Assembly (NCBI RefSeq): GCF_006345805.1
Contig: NW_021825194.1
Location: 124,001-188,000, forward strand
DNA: 64,000 bases
Reading direction: 5' to 3'
Source: Octopus sinensis
Taxonomy: Eukaryota
The notes beneath the pieces were generated by a model that worked only from the letters and a program-made list of their open reading frames with translations, was not told where the DNA came from and made no database searches. Of this stretch, positions 35,018 through 47,000 are shown one piece after another; within the stretch, counting starts at the first letter, position 1; every line of letters starts with the position of its first letter. The position numbers and the translations under genes were made by a program.

Positions 35018-38000
35018 TTAGTGTGAATTTCTCTGTATTATTGAGTTCGGATAGTTGAGTCTGGGTTTGTACTTTTCAATGAAGAATGTTTCCTTATTTA
35101 GTCTAATTTGTGATGATGATCCGAAAGCACATTGGTAAAATGGAAAGATTAAAAATTGTGGTTGTAGTTGCTTTGCGCATTTCTCAATGTGTTCACTAAA
35201 AGGTATCATTCTATATTCTGGGAATGCAATCTGTTGTCGATGCAGTGTGCATCTACGTCTGAGTGATAGTCCCGTGGACCCCACGTAGTCTTGGTGGCAG
35301 CCCGAGCATTTAATGACATAAATTATGTTTTCAGAGGCACAAGTAAAGTTAGATTTGATCTTGAATTTCTGTCCCTCTTTAAAGAAGAATTCTGATCCTT
35401 CCAATAGGTTAGGACATGTTGCACAGTTCGATCTACCACATTTTTTTACTTTTGCATCCGTAATTTTAGAAGACAATTTTGCCTTTGTGAGAATCTTTTT
35501 AAGTGATTTAGGCTGTTTGTAGCTTTTAATGATTTGGTGTATGTTTAGAATTTCCTTTAATTTGGGGTTTTTATGAAGTATTGGTAAATTCTGGGTGATG
35601 ATGGTGAAAGCTTCTTTGTTTCTGGGGTTGTATGTAGATATGTAAGGTAGTATTTTCGGGGAAGGTGTGTTGTTGTGTTGAACTTTTCTTAAAGTTTCTA
35701 TGTTGATTTCTGTTGCACGTCTGATCCCATCCTCTATGAGTTGAGTTGGGTAATGTCTGTCAATTAAGGTGTTTTTGAGTTCTTGCAGTCTGAAGTTCCT
35801 GGTGTTTTGTTCTGACACTATTGTGCATATCCTTCTTGCAAGGTTGAAGGGGATGTTTGTTTTAGTGTGTCTTGGGTGGCATGAACTAAAAAGAAGGTAT
35901 TGTTTGGCGTCTGTGGCTTTGTAGAAAATGTCTGTTTCTATTTTAAGGTTAATTTTTTTAATTAGTATATCCAAGAACGGGAGTTCCTTTTGGTTGTATT
36001 CCATTGTGAACTGTATATTTGGGTTTATGCTGTTCAATAGGTTTTTAAATTTTAAGAGTTTATCTGTGTTTTCATTCCAGAGAATAAAACAATCGTCCAA
36101 GAATCGTTTCCAGTTCTCTTTTATGTATTGAGAGAGGGGGTTTCCAAAGATTGATAAGGATTCCTGGTAAATGGTTATTTCCATGTATCCCATTGTTAAG
36201 TTCGCAATGACTGGTGCTGCCCTTGTACCCATAGCAATTCCGGATTTTTGACGGTAAAATGTATTGTCAAACATGAAGTGGTTATTGTGTAGGATGAATT
36301 CAATTGATTTAGTAATGAATTCTTTACTTTTTGGTATTTCTTCCGGAAATTGGTCTAACCAGAACTGAATTGCTTCCAGTCCATAATTATGAGGTATACT
36401 GGTATACAAGTTGACTACATCAAATGAAACCAGGATTGTTTCTTCCTTGGCTTTTTTTGGGAGGTGGTTTAACATATCTAAGTCATCTCTGATATGGCTA
36501 TCGATATGTTTAAGGAAGGGTTTCAGGAGGATGTCCATAAGCAGACTTAGTCTGTGTGTTTCACAGGTTGGGCCAGCTACAATGGGTCGTAGTTTTAGGT
36601 CCCCCGGGTTGGGTGTGTGTATGTATGTCTTTGGTGATTTTTTAATGGTTTCATTTATAATTTGACTTTTATGAATTTTTGGCAGACCATAGAAAAGGCT
36701 AGGTTTGCATTTGAAGTTTGTTAGGAAATCAATCTTTTTGGTTGTTAGTTCCTTTTCATGGGTTTTAATTAGTGAAGATAGAGTTTTCATTATTTTTTGT
36801 GGGGTGTAGTTGGTAATTTTTTCATAATGTAGGTCGTCATCAAGCAAGGAAATTACAAGATTTCTGTAGTATGATGTATCCATTATTACAACTGCATTTC
36901 CCTTGTCTGCTTCCTTAATGGTTATATCCTCATCATTTTGAAGTTCTATCAGTTCTTTCCATTGTGTAGTGTTAAAATTTGGGTTAGATTTCTGTTTATG
37001 TATAGTATGGTAGGGGAAGTTCTCAATGTGGTTACAGAATTCGTCAAGATCTTTATTTCTTCCTCTGTGTGGGATGTGTTCACTTTTGTTCTTGACTAGT
37101 GATTCATCTTCAGTATTGAAACTGGTTGATGCTTCTGCTAGTCTTAATTTTCTGCAAAATTCTGTTATATTATCCTTGAGTTCATTTAGGTTTGCTCTGC
37201 GTGGAGTTGGTGTAAATTTGAGCCCTTTTGCGAGGATGTCAATTTTTATGTTAGAAAGAGGTTTGGTTGAAAGATTGATTATCTTCGGTTTTTCCTTATT
37301 ACTAGGTTCCAGCCTGTGTCCTGGTGTCCCTGGTCCCTGGCTAAAAAATGTTGGGTGTAATTTTGTTTGTATGAGTTGTCTGTGAGGTTGTGTGGTATTT
37401 GGTCGGGGGAGTGGTGGTATTGTTGCCTCCGATCGTTGTGTGTGTGGGAATCTATGGTTGTTATTGCTTGTGGTGTGTGTAAAATTTCTGTATGGGAAAT
37501 ATTTTTGTTTCGAACTGCTTGTATGTGGGATGTTGCTTGACATAGTGTTTCTTTGTGTTTGTCTTAGTGGGGACCAGTAATTTTGGTTCATGGGGTAGTA
37601 GCGATTTGTGTGTGGTGTATTTCTTATTCTAGTGTCGTATTGTGCTGTATGGTGGTTGGGTCTGGTATTAGGATGTTGTTGGTTTGTTCTGTTTTTGGTG
37701 TAATTTCTTTCATAGACGCGTCCTCTGTCAGCTAGTTCCCTGTTAGGTCTAGCGTGGTTTGTAAAGTTGGTTGTGGGTGATTTCTGTTTTTAGTGTATGG
37801 AGGATAGTTGGGGGTTGTTCGTGGGTTGTTAGGTTTTTCTTTTTTATTTATTGTAATTTTCTTAAGGAAGGGATTATTTGTACCCAATTCATTTTTGAAG
37901 GTTTCACTATATTTTTGGAAGAAGTCCATGTTTTTCTCCCAGCGTAGGAGAGAATTTCTCTCTTCTCTCTCACAGGAATCCTTCCAATGATCCAATGTAT

Positions 38001-38624
38001 TATCGAGGGGTTGTCCCTCGGTATGTTTGAGTATTATATTGTGCATCTCCTCGTCTATGCTTTTAAGTTTTTCTTCATTTGTGGAGGCCCTGAGTCTTAG
38101 AAGCTCTATTTCTGATTTAAAATTGAACAGAGCTGACTTTTCTCTAATAGATCTCTGTCCGTCAGGCTCGTTAGGAATTAATTTTATCTGGAATTTGCGT
38201 GGGAGGATAATGGTGTTGAGTTTATCCATCCCTCGTAGATATCTGCTTTGTTGGAATTTTCTATCATGTTCCAGAAGGTGAGTTTTCTGTTGTGCAGGTT
38301 TGTATTCCAAACGTTTCCTATTTTTCTTTTTGCTGGGTTGGTTTGGGTGCGTATGGTTTCCTGCTGTGTTTCATTAGGTGCCTGTGTATTATTTTCGGAT
38401 TTGTTGATGAAAAATGAGTTTAGCGTTGTATATAACAGTTGTAGATCCTTACTCACCTGGTCAGTGTAGCGGGTTGCATCATCATTGCTTTTACTTTCCC
38501 GGGCGAGTAAGTTTGATTCCTCGATTTTGTTGTTCAGGTTAAGAAGCTGTGAATTAATATTTTTCAGTTCTTTGAGTATGTCCTCATTTAAGGTTTTGTC
38601 CGAGGTGTTTGTCTTCTGTGGCAT
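35018..38624 (-). pseudogene. PLE family 1 copy B: ORF1 broken by two 1-bp deletions; a 1-bp insertion fuses the ORF1 tail to ORF2 (857-aa ORF)
   Basis: Relative to copy A: indels at about 38210, 37765 and 37368, plus a 3-bp deletion at about 36440. Confidence 0.8.
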
Positions 38625-38827
38625 TTTCGTTCTCACGTGTTTAATATATAGATAAGAAAGTTTGTTTGGTAAAGCACGTGGGTGAATATATAAGAAAATA
38701 GTAAAGAGTGAAAAAACGACAGAAGGCTTAAATGTTAAAAAATATATATATTTGCGTCAAAATGTCTGGAGAATATTGGAAAAATTTTTTTCCCCTCCTT
38801 AAAATGACATAATTTTATAATTTTTAA

Positions 38828-38864
38828 AGAAATACCGGTTTCGCAGTTAGCTCTTCAAATTTCT
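38828..38864 (-). ncRNA. Minimal hammerhead motif in family 1 pLTR (5' copy)
   Basis: Same sequence as 30874-30910. Confidence 0.65.
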
Positions 38865-38919
38865 TGTGACTTAATGTTTATAAATAGAAAATGCTAAAAT
38901 AATTTTATAGTGAACATTT

Positions 38920-38957
38920 CAGTACCGGTTTCGGTCATTTTGAGACCATTTCAACTG
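38920..38957 (-). ncRNA. Minimal type I hammerhead (U3-A8 variant; A9U in this copy)
   Basis: CAG-TTGAAAT-GGTC-TCAAAAT-GACC-GAAA-CCGG-TA-CTG. Confidence 0.7.
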
Positions 38958-39656
38958 TAACGATTAAATAATTAAATTTAGAAAAATTAGAAGAAAAGTT
39001 TTTTTAAAGGAATATTTCTATAGTAGTGTTCAGATATAAGTAGCATTCTGCCTTTCTCTGACTCCCTTGTTTGCACTTGTGTGTTGGAGGTCGTTGTGAG
39101 TTCTTGGTAGGGTAGTAGAGGAAGAAGGCTGATGAGGAAAGGGGGTGGCAGAATCTGGGAGTGCCCTGATGGTCGTATTTTGAATGGTCAGTGGCGGCTG
39201 GCAGTCGCAGTTCAATTCAGGAGAATATTTCTATTGAAAGGCTTGTTTATAGAATTTGCGTAGGTGTTATACTAAAAAACATTAGTGACAAAGTTAAGGG
39301 GTAGAAGGTGGAGAAGTAGAAGAAGAAGAAGAAGAAGAAGAAGAAGAAGAAGAAGAAGAAGAAGAAGATGTTGATGATGATGATGATGAAGAAGAAGAAG
39401 AAGGAGAAGGAGAAGATGACGATGATGGTGATGGTGGTGATGATTATGACGACGATGATGATGATAATGATGATGATGAAGAAGAAGAGGAAGAAGAACA
39501 AATAACAGAGAAGGGAGAATATGAATGGGTTAAAGTAGTGAGGTGTTGTATGATTTGAAGTTGGCATGTTATGGATTATAGCTGTGATTAGTAATGGATT
39601 CTTTGGAATGTAATATTTGTGTGTGAATATTTCTTTTATTCTAAAGTTGAGGTATA

Positions 39657-41980
39657 TTAATTGTTTGTCGTAGACCCGTTAAGAAGTGGTCTGTATTTTG
39701 CAATAAAGAGAGTTTCTTTACTTATTCGTTGTCTCGAGGTTGTATCGTCCCTAAATTGGTAGAGGGGGAAAATCCTGAAGCTTGGTGTTTTTTTGTTGGC
39801 GCAAGTATCTATGTGTTGGCTAAAAGCTATTTTTCTGTTTTGGGGAATTTTTATCTGGGATCTGTGCAGGGCCATTCGTTTACGCAAACTATTTTTTGTT
39901 TGGCCTATGTACTGCTCTTGACACCCGGAGCAGGTTAGTGAGTATATTAGGTTCTCCGAAGCACATGTGAAGTTGCTTTTCACTGTAAACCGTTGTCCTT
40001 GTTTGAAGGAGAACTCTGATCCCTCAATTAGATAGTCGCATATCCCGCAATTGGGTCTTCCACATTTTTTTACTGTCGGCTTCTGCGTTGAAGAGTGAAT
40101 TCGGGCTTGTGTTAGGAGACTTTTCATGGATTTAGGCTGTCTCTTGCTTTTTATGATCGTGTGTGTTTGGAGGATTGTGTTCATTCTGTGGTCTTTTTTT
40201 AGGAGGGGTATGTTGTGGAGGATGGTGCCGAAGGCTTCGTTATTGAGAGGGTTGTGTGTGGAGATGTATGGTAAGGCTTTTGGTTGTAAGTTTTTCTTTG
40301 ATTTGGGATGTCTCAGTTCCTTGATGTTAAGTTGAAGGGCACATTGAATGCACTTGTCAATAAGTGAAGGTGAATAGTTCCTGGTGATAAGGGTATCTTT
40401 TAGTTCTTGTAGTCGTGTGTCTCTGGTGTTTGCGTTCGAGACTATAGTGCATATCCTTTTTGCTAGGTTGAAGGGGATATTCATCCTGGTGTGTCTGGGG
40501 TGGCATGAATTGAATGGAAGATATTGCTTAGAGTCTGTAGGCTTATAATATATGTCTGTTTCTATTATATTATTAGCTTTCTTAATGAGGATATCGAGGA
40601 AGGGGAGTTGTTGCTGGCTATATTCCATCGTGAATTGGATGTTTAGTCCAGTCCGTTTAAAATTTCCTGGAATTCTATGAGTTTTTCTATATTTTTATGC
40701 CAAAAGGATGAAACAGTCATCTAGATATCTCTTCCAGTTGTTTTCTATGTAGATGGAGAAAGGGCTGCCATATCTTTCTAGAACCTTACGATACAGACTG
40801 ATCTCTAGATATCCTATGACTAGGTTGGCAAAGGAGGGGGCCATTCGTGTACCCATCGCAGTCCCCGTTTTTGTCGGTAGAAGTTGTCATTGAAGGCGAA
40901 GAAGTTATTTTCCAGGATGAATTTAACCCCTTCTATCACGAATTCTTTTTTGATGCGATGTGGTAGTTCGTTGGCGTGATTTTCTAGCCAGAATTGGATT
41001 GCCTCTAGTCCTAGGTTGTGGGGGATATTGGAGTAGAGGTTGACTACATCGAAGGATACCAGTATGGTGTTTTTGTTTATAGTATTCGGTAGGTGATTGA
41101 GCATATCTAAGTCGTCCCTTATATAGCTTTTGACATGTTTTAGGAGTGGTTTTAACAGGGTGTCTAAAAAGTTACTGAGGCGGTGGGTTTCGCATGCGGG
41201 ACCTGCTATTATGGGTCTCAATTTGAGGTCATTAGGATTAGGGACTTTAATTATTTTGTCTGTAGCTATCTTGCATGCGTTGCTTATTTTCTCACTTTTG
41301 TGGATCTTAGGTATACCGTAGAATTGGCTGGTTTTGCTTGTGAAATTGGTCATATAATCATATTCTTTGTCGGTGAGCCCTGCTTTGTATGGGTTTAATA
41401 TGGATTTTAGTTCCCTCATTATTTTTTGTTGACTGTAGTTTTGTGCCTTTTCATAGTATGTTGTGTCTTCCAGCATAGAAAGTACCAAAGTTATGTAAAA
41501 TGTCGTATCCATTAAGACAACAGCACTCCCTTTATCGGCCTCTTTGATTGTTATTGTTTTATCTAGTTTTAATTTGTTCAACTCAGCCCATTCTTTTTTG
41601 CTGAAGTTTGGTTTGTGTTTTTGTTTGTGCATATGTTGATATGGGTAATTTGATATGTGGTCACAGAAATCATCAAGTGTTTTGTTCTTACCTTTCGAGG
41701 GGGTGTAGTTACTCCTATTTCTGGCTAACGATTCGTCCTCGTTGTATTTATCGTATAGCTCCTCAGTAAGTCTTAATTTTCTGCAGAATTCTGCGATGTC
41801 TTCTTTCATTTCATTGTAGTTAGGGTGTTGTGGGGTGGGTGTAAACTTGAGTCCTTTGGAAAGTATGTTTATTTGGTTTGCTGTTAGTTCCTTGTGAGTT
41901 AGATTGATAATTTTTATTACTTTTGGTTCCTCCTGCTTGTTTGGTGCTATCTTGTGTCTCTGTGTTTGCGTATTGGGTCT
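39657..41980 (-). pseudogene. PLE family 2 ORF2 (RT + GIY-YIG), interrupted by about three 1-bp indels at 40630-40870
   Basis: KGLKFTPTP, IKEADKG, FYGIPKIHK, FDVVNLYSNIP, GTAMGTRMAPSFANL, YLDD, CGRPNCGIC, LIYSLTCSGCQEQYIGQT. Confidence 0.9.
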
Positions 41981-43179
41981 AAAAAATGAATGCGGTGGTT
42001 GAGACGGTAGCTAGTATATAGTTGTTCTTTGTTGATGTGGGGTCTCCTGTTGTGATTTATGGTGTGTGTTCTTGGAGCAGTATTGAGGAGAGCATCCCGA
42101 TATCCCATATTCGGGTGTGGTGTTCTAGGAGGCCTTCGTTGGTAATCATTGCAAGTGGTGTGGGTTTGTTGTGCATGGTTGTTTAACCGGTTGATGGGAC
42201 GAAGATTTCGTTGGTAACTCCTTTGGGTGGGGATAAGGTTGCAGTGTCTATGCTGTGGGTGTTGATTTATCCTTTCTCTGCTTGAAGTGGGGGTATTCCT
42301 GATATTGTATCGCTGGCTGCTTACAGAGTTAGGGTTAGGTCCTGTATTCTTTTTTTGATAGTAGTGAAGGTTCCGATTTTTAGACAGGTGTGTATCGGTG
42401 TTTGGGTGTTGTTTTGGTTTTCTTATTTTCTGGAAAGGGTTGTTGGAGGCGTGCTCTGTTTGAAAGACGGCTTCATAGTCTGAGAACCAAGTGGCGCTTT
42501 TCTCCCAGCGTTGGAGAGATTTTAGTTCTTCTTTTTCACAGTCCTCTTTCCATAGTTTGGAGAACTTCTCTTGATCTGGGCCTTGGGTCATTTTGTGAAT
42601 TTCTTCGTTGATATCTTCATCGGTGGATTTTATTTTATCCTCATTCGTTTGGGCCCTCAATTTCAGAAGTTCTATTTCCATTTTCATTTTTTCCAGTGCC
42701 ATTCTCTCCCTGAGGTGTCTTTGTGTTTCAGGTTCTGTAATAGCTTTGAACTGGAATTTACGTGGGAGGATTAACGGGGTCCGGTTGAGCCATTTTTCGT
42801 ATATATCCGCTTTGTTGTTGTTTTGGATCATCTTCCAAAAGGCGAACTTTCTATCTCTGAGTGATTTGTTCCATTGTGGTATTATGTGGTGTTTCATTTG
42901 GTATGTTGTTAGAGTATTGATCCCATATATTGACGCGTTTGGAGGTCCTTGATTAGCGTTGTTAGAGAAAAATGTTCTAATTGTTTCGCATAAGTTTCCA
43001 AGGTTTTCGACAATTTCGGACGTTGTATTTTTCGTATCTGTTTCCTCATTGTTCTCTCGATTGGGTTGATGTGTCGAGTCAAATTTGTTCAAAAATGTTG
43101 ACAAATTTGTGTTGATTTTCTTGAGTTCTTTCAGTATTTCTTCATTTATGGAGGTGATTGTGTCTGTTTTTGTCGGCAT
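41947..43179 (-). CDS. PLE family 2 ORF1 (410 aa), homologue of family 1 ORF1
   Basis: Intact ORF from MPTKTD; shared EILKELK.IN, W...L..RK..FW.MI.N.NKADIYE.W.N.TP.ILPRKFQ, EIELL.LRA.TNE.K.KS.DE. Confidence 0.8.
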   Translation of the reverse strand: MPTKTDTITSINEEILKELKKINTNLSTFLNKFDSTHQPNRENNEETDTKNTTSEIVENLGNLCETIRTFFSNNANQGPPNASIYGINTLTTYQMKHHIIPQWNKSLRDRKFAFWKMIQNNNKADIYEKWLNRTPLILPRKFQFKAITEPETQRHLRERMALEKMKMEIELLKLRAQTNEDKIKSTDEDINEEIHKMTQGPDQEKFSKLWKEDCEKEELKSLQRWEKSATWFSDYEAVFQTEHASNNPFQKIRKPKQHPNTDTHLSKNRNLHYYQKKNTGPNPNSVSSQRYNIRNTPTSSRERINQHPQHRHCNLIPTQRSYQRNLRPINRLNNHAQQTHTTCNDYQRRPPRTPHPNMGYRDALLNTAPRTHTINHNRRPHINKEQLYTSYRLNHRIHFLDPIRKHRDTR

Positions 43180-43299
43180 TTTCTGTATCTCGTGTGGGTT
43201 AATGATATGTATAAGGGTGAAAAGGAACACACGAGTTGATATATATGAAAAAACAAGTCAAAAATAGAAAATGCTAAAATAATTTTATAGTGAACATTT

Positions 43300-43337
43300 C
43301 AGTACCGGTTTCGGTCATTTTGAGACCTTTTCAACTG
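43300..43337 (-). ncRNA. Minimal type I hammerhead (U3-A8 compensatory variant, otherwise intact)
   Basis: CAG-TTGAAAA-GGTC-TCAAAAT-GACC-GAAA-CCGG-TA-CTG; stem I extends as CGTT/AATG after one mismatch. Confidence 0.8.
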
Positions 43338-44217
43338 TAACGATTAAATAATTAAATTTAGAAAAATTAGAAGAAAAGTTTTTTTAAAGGAATATTTCTA
43401 TAGTAGTGTTCAGATATAAGTGGCATTCTGCCTTTCTCTGACTCCCTTGTTTGCACTTATGTGTTGGAGGTCGTTGTGAGTTCTTGGTAGGGTAGTAGAG
43501 GAAGAAGGCTGATGAGGAAAGGGGGTGGGAAAATCTGGGAGTGCCCTGATGGTCGTATTTTGAATGGTCAGTGGCGGCTAGCAGTCGCAGTTCAATTCAG
43601 GAGAATATTTCTTTTGAAAGGCTTGTTTATAGAATTTGCGTAGGTGTTATACTAAAAAACATTAGTGACAAAGTTAAGGGGTAGAAGGTGGAGAAGTAGA
43701 AGAAGAAGAAGAAGAAGAAGAAAAAGAAGAAGAAGAAGAAGAAGAAGAAGAAGAAGAAGATGACGATGTTGATGATGATGATGATGAAGAAGAAGAAGAA
43801 GAAGAAGGAGAAGGAGAAGATGACGATGATGATGATGGTGGTGATGATTATGACGACGATGATGATGATAATGATGATGATGAAGAAGAAGAGGAAGAAG
43901 AACAAAAAACAGAGAAGGGAGAATATGAATGGGTGAAAGTAGTGAGGTGTTGTATGACTTGAAGTTGGCATGTTATGGATTATAGCTGTGTTTTTAGCTG
44001 TGATTAGTAATGGATTCTTTGGAATGTAATATTTGTGTGTGTATATTTCTTTTATTCTAAAGTTGAGGTATATTAATTGTTTGTCGTAGACCCGTTAAGA
44101 AGTGGCCTGTATTTTGTAATAAAGAGAGTTTCTTTACTTATTCGTTGTCTCATGGTTGTATCGTCCCTAAATTGGTAGAGGGGGAAAATCCTGAAGCTTG
44201 GTGTTTTTTTGTTGGCG

Positions 44218-44293
<76 letters not shown>

Positions 44294-44297
<4 letters not shown>

Positions 44298-44750
44298 ATT
44301 ATTATTTCTAAATCTCTCAAAGAGAGATACTCAGTAATAGTTCTTTAAAGTGAAGGCTATTTGGCAACATAATGTGGCTCTCCAGGAATGGACGATTCTT
44401 ACTGTTGTTTAGCCCCAGGAAACATCGTTTCCAGCTGGCTATACGACACAATATCTGCGTCCTTGTATTTTCGAACAGGAAGTCCAACACTCCCATCCAG
44501 CGCAAAACATCTGTGGACCGGTTTCTGGGTTATTGCTTTTTATCAACACAGCGTAGCTGCTTGGCTAGGTGGCGCTGCAGAACTCACCGTTCGAAAATAT
44601 ATACTTTTTTAAAGTGACACACAGGTATTGATCTAATAAATAGAAACATTATTATTTCTAAATCTCTCAAAGAGAAATATTCAGTAATAATTCTTAGCTA
44701 CATTATGTTGGCAAATGACCGTCACTTTAATGAACTGTTACTGAATATTT
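44294..44750. mobile_element. Small MITE-like element with about 53-bp imperfect inverted repeats and an internal direct duplication of its left end
   Basis: 44327-44379 is the inverse of 44696-44748; 44294-44345 is repeated at 44644-44695. Confidence 0.55.
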
Positions 44751-44761
44751 ATCTATATATC

Positions 44762-45325
<564 letters not shown>

Positions 45326-45367
45326 ACACACATACATACATATTAATGATTATCAAAAAGAATACGT

Positions 45368-45690
45368 AAAGGTAGTTAATGTAAAGCAATGGGGGAAACA
45401 ATAATTCGTGATATAACGGTTATAGTCGTTATTATTAGTATTTTAGTTAAGTAAATATTTGGGAGGATGAGAATTATATTAGCAGAATTACAGCTTCAAA
45501 AGGTTTATACAAATCCTTCAATGAGAGGCACATCTTGATGTCAAACAGTTATTAGTATTATCAATATCAATATCCATTTCATATATATGTGCGCGTGCGC
45601 GTGTCTATATATACACACATATATGCATATGTGTACACACACACACATACATATATATATGTGTGTGTGTATACATATAGATACATGTGC

Positions 45691-45752
<62 letters not shown>

Positions 45753-45755
45753 ATA

Positions 45756-45829
<74 letters not shown>

Positions 45830-46087
45830 AGAGTTTACGAAAAAAACAAAAGACGAAGACAGGTAGTGTACAAAACAAACAGATGTATTAGTATAACGCT
45901 CAGGAATAGAAAAAGTGTTTTACGTTTCGAGCCTACGCTCTTCTACGGAAAGGGACACAGAAAAAACAAGAAGAGCGTAGGCTCGAAACGTAAAACACTT
46001 TTTCTATTCCTGAGCGTTATACTAATACATCTGTTTGTTTTGTACACTACCTATCTTCGTCTTTTGTTTTTTTCGTAAACTCTCCCT

Positions 46088-46134
<47 letters not shown>

Positions 46135-46415
46135 GCATATATGCACATACATACACATACATATTAGTGAATATCAAAGAGTGTATGCAGGTTCAAAGGT
46201 TATTAAAAGGTTACGAAAAATATGTAAGGGTGGTTATTAATGTAAGGCAATGGGGGCAACAATAATTCAAGATGTAATAGCTGTAGTCATTATTATTAGT
46301 TTAGTTATGTAAATATTTGTGGGGAAGAGAATTATATTAGCGGAATTAAAGCTTCATAGAATTTATATAAATTCTTCAGTGAGAGGTACATCTTAATGTC
46401 ATACAGTTATTAATG
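45368..46415. repeat. Diverged direct repeat of about 190 bp (45368-45555 / 46226-46415), probably pLTR copies of the PLE remnant at 46470
   Basis: Shared GCAATGGGGG.AACAATAATTC, GAGAATTATATTAGC.GAATTA.AGCTTC, GAGAGG.ACATCTT.ATGTCA. Confidence 0.7.
45827..46086. repeat. Near-perfect palindrome: 118-bp arms, 24-bp spacer, PLE-pLTR-like, in (TA)n
   Basis: Arms 45827-45944 and 45969-46086 with one mismatch found; contains GAGC-GTAG-GCTC-GAAACGTA. Confidence 0.9.
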
Positions 46416-46469
46416 TTATATATTATATTATATAGTACAGTATATTATATATCTATTAATTACTTAAAT

Positions 46470-46850
46470 TTAGAGAACTTATATTTTCCCGCATGAATAC
46501 AAGAAATCTTTTCCTAAGTTAAGAAGAACATAATTAGAAGTATTTTGAATGTTTCTTCTATGCATTTCTTGTTATTGTTTTGTAAGCTGTTGCAGAAGGA
46601 CAAATGTCTTATTTAATTTCAAATTCATTGTTATTATCCTTCAATTCCCATATAAACGTACTTAATCCAGTGGAGTTAATTTTTTGTTTATTTTCAGAAG
46701 TTTGGAGATGGTTAGGCATGCGGGTCATTATTTTCGGTTGAATCAGTATAAAAATATTTTCGCAGATATAAACATTCCCGTCTCCTATGAAGGTCGAAAT
46801 GTAGCTGAGGCGAATGTTGATACTCATATCACTACCTCTAATACTAATAT
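46470..46850 (-). pseudogene. GIY-YIG C-terminal remnant of the AT-rich PLE lineage
   Basis: GDGNVYI..RMPNHLQTSENKQKINSTGLSTFIWELKDNNNEFEIK resembles the PLE R..H..SF...NST.LS..IW.LK pattern. Confidence 0.65.
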
Positions 46851-46870
46851 TAATAACTCTAATGCGATCG

Positions 46871-47000
<130 letters not shown>

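Larger units (their letters stand above)
30735..38880 (-). mobile_element. PLE family 1: two head-to-tail units (3979 and 3975 bp) plus a 190-bp 5' pLTR
   Basis: The pLTR start ATAAGAAAATAG recurs at 30736, 34715 and 38690. The four indels I located (-1,-1,+1,-3) account for the length difference. Confidence 0.95.
38882..44220 (-). mobile_element. PLE family 2: one 4380-bp unit bounded by direct repeats of about 0.9-0.95 kb (pLTRs)
   Basis: AAATAGAAAATGCTAAAAT at 38882 and 43262; the repeat includes the GIY-YIG C-terminus, a GAA/GAT tract and a hammerhead. Confidence 0.95.

Noticed and set aside
35018-37591. 857-aa ORF as the true single-ORF PLE product
   Set aside because: It depends on a 1-bp insertion unique to copy B; copy A and family 2 both show separate ORFs in a -1 relationship. 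Not fully excluded without read data.
46340-46395. CTGAAGA-ATTTATATAAAT..GAAGC on the minus strand as a hammerhead
   Set aside because: GAAA is replaced by GAAG, spacing is wrong and stem I cannot be formed; at most a fossil.
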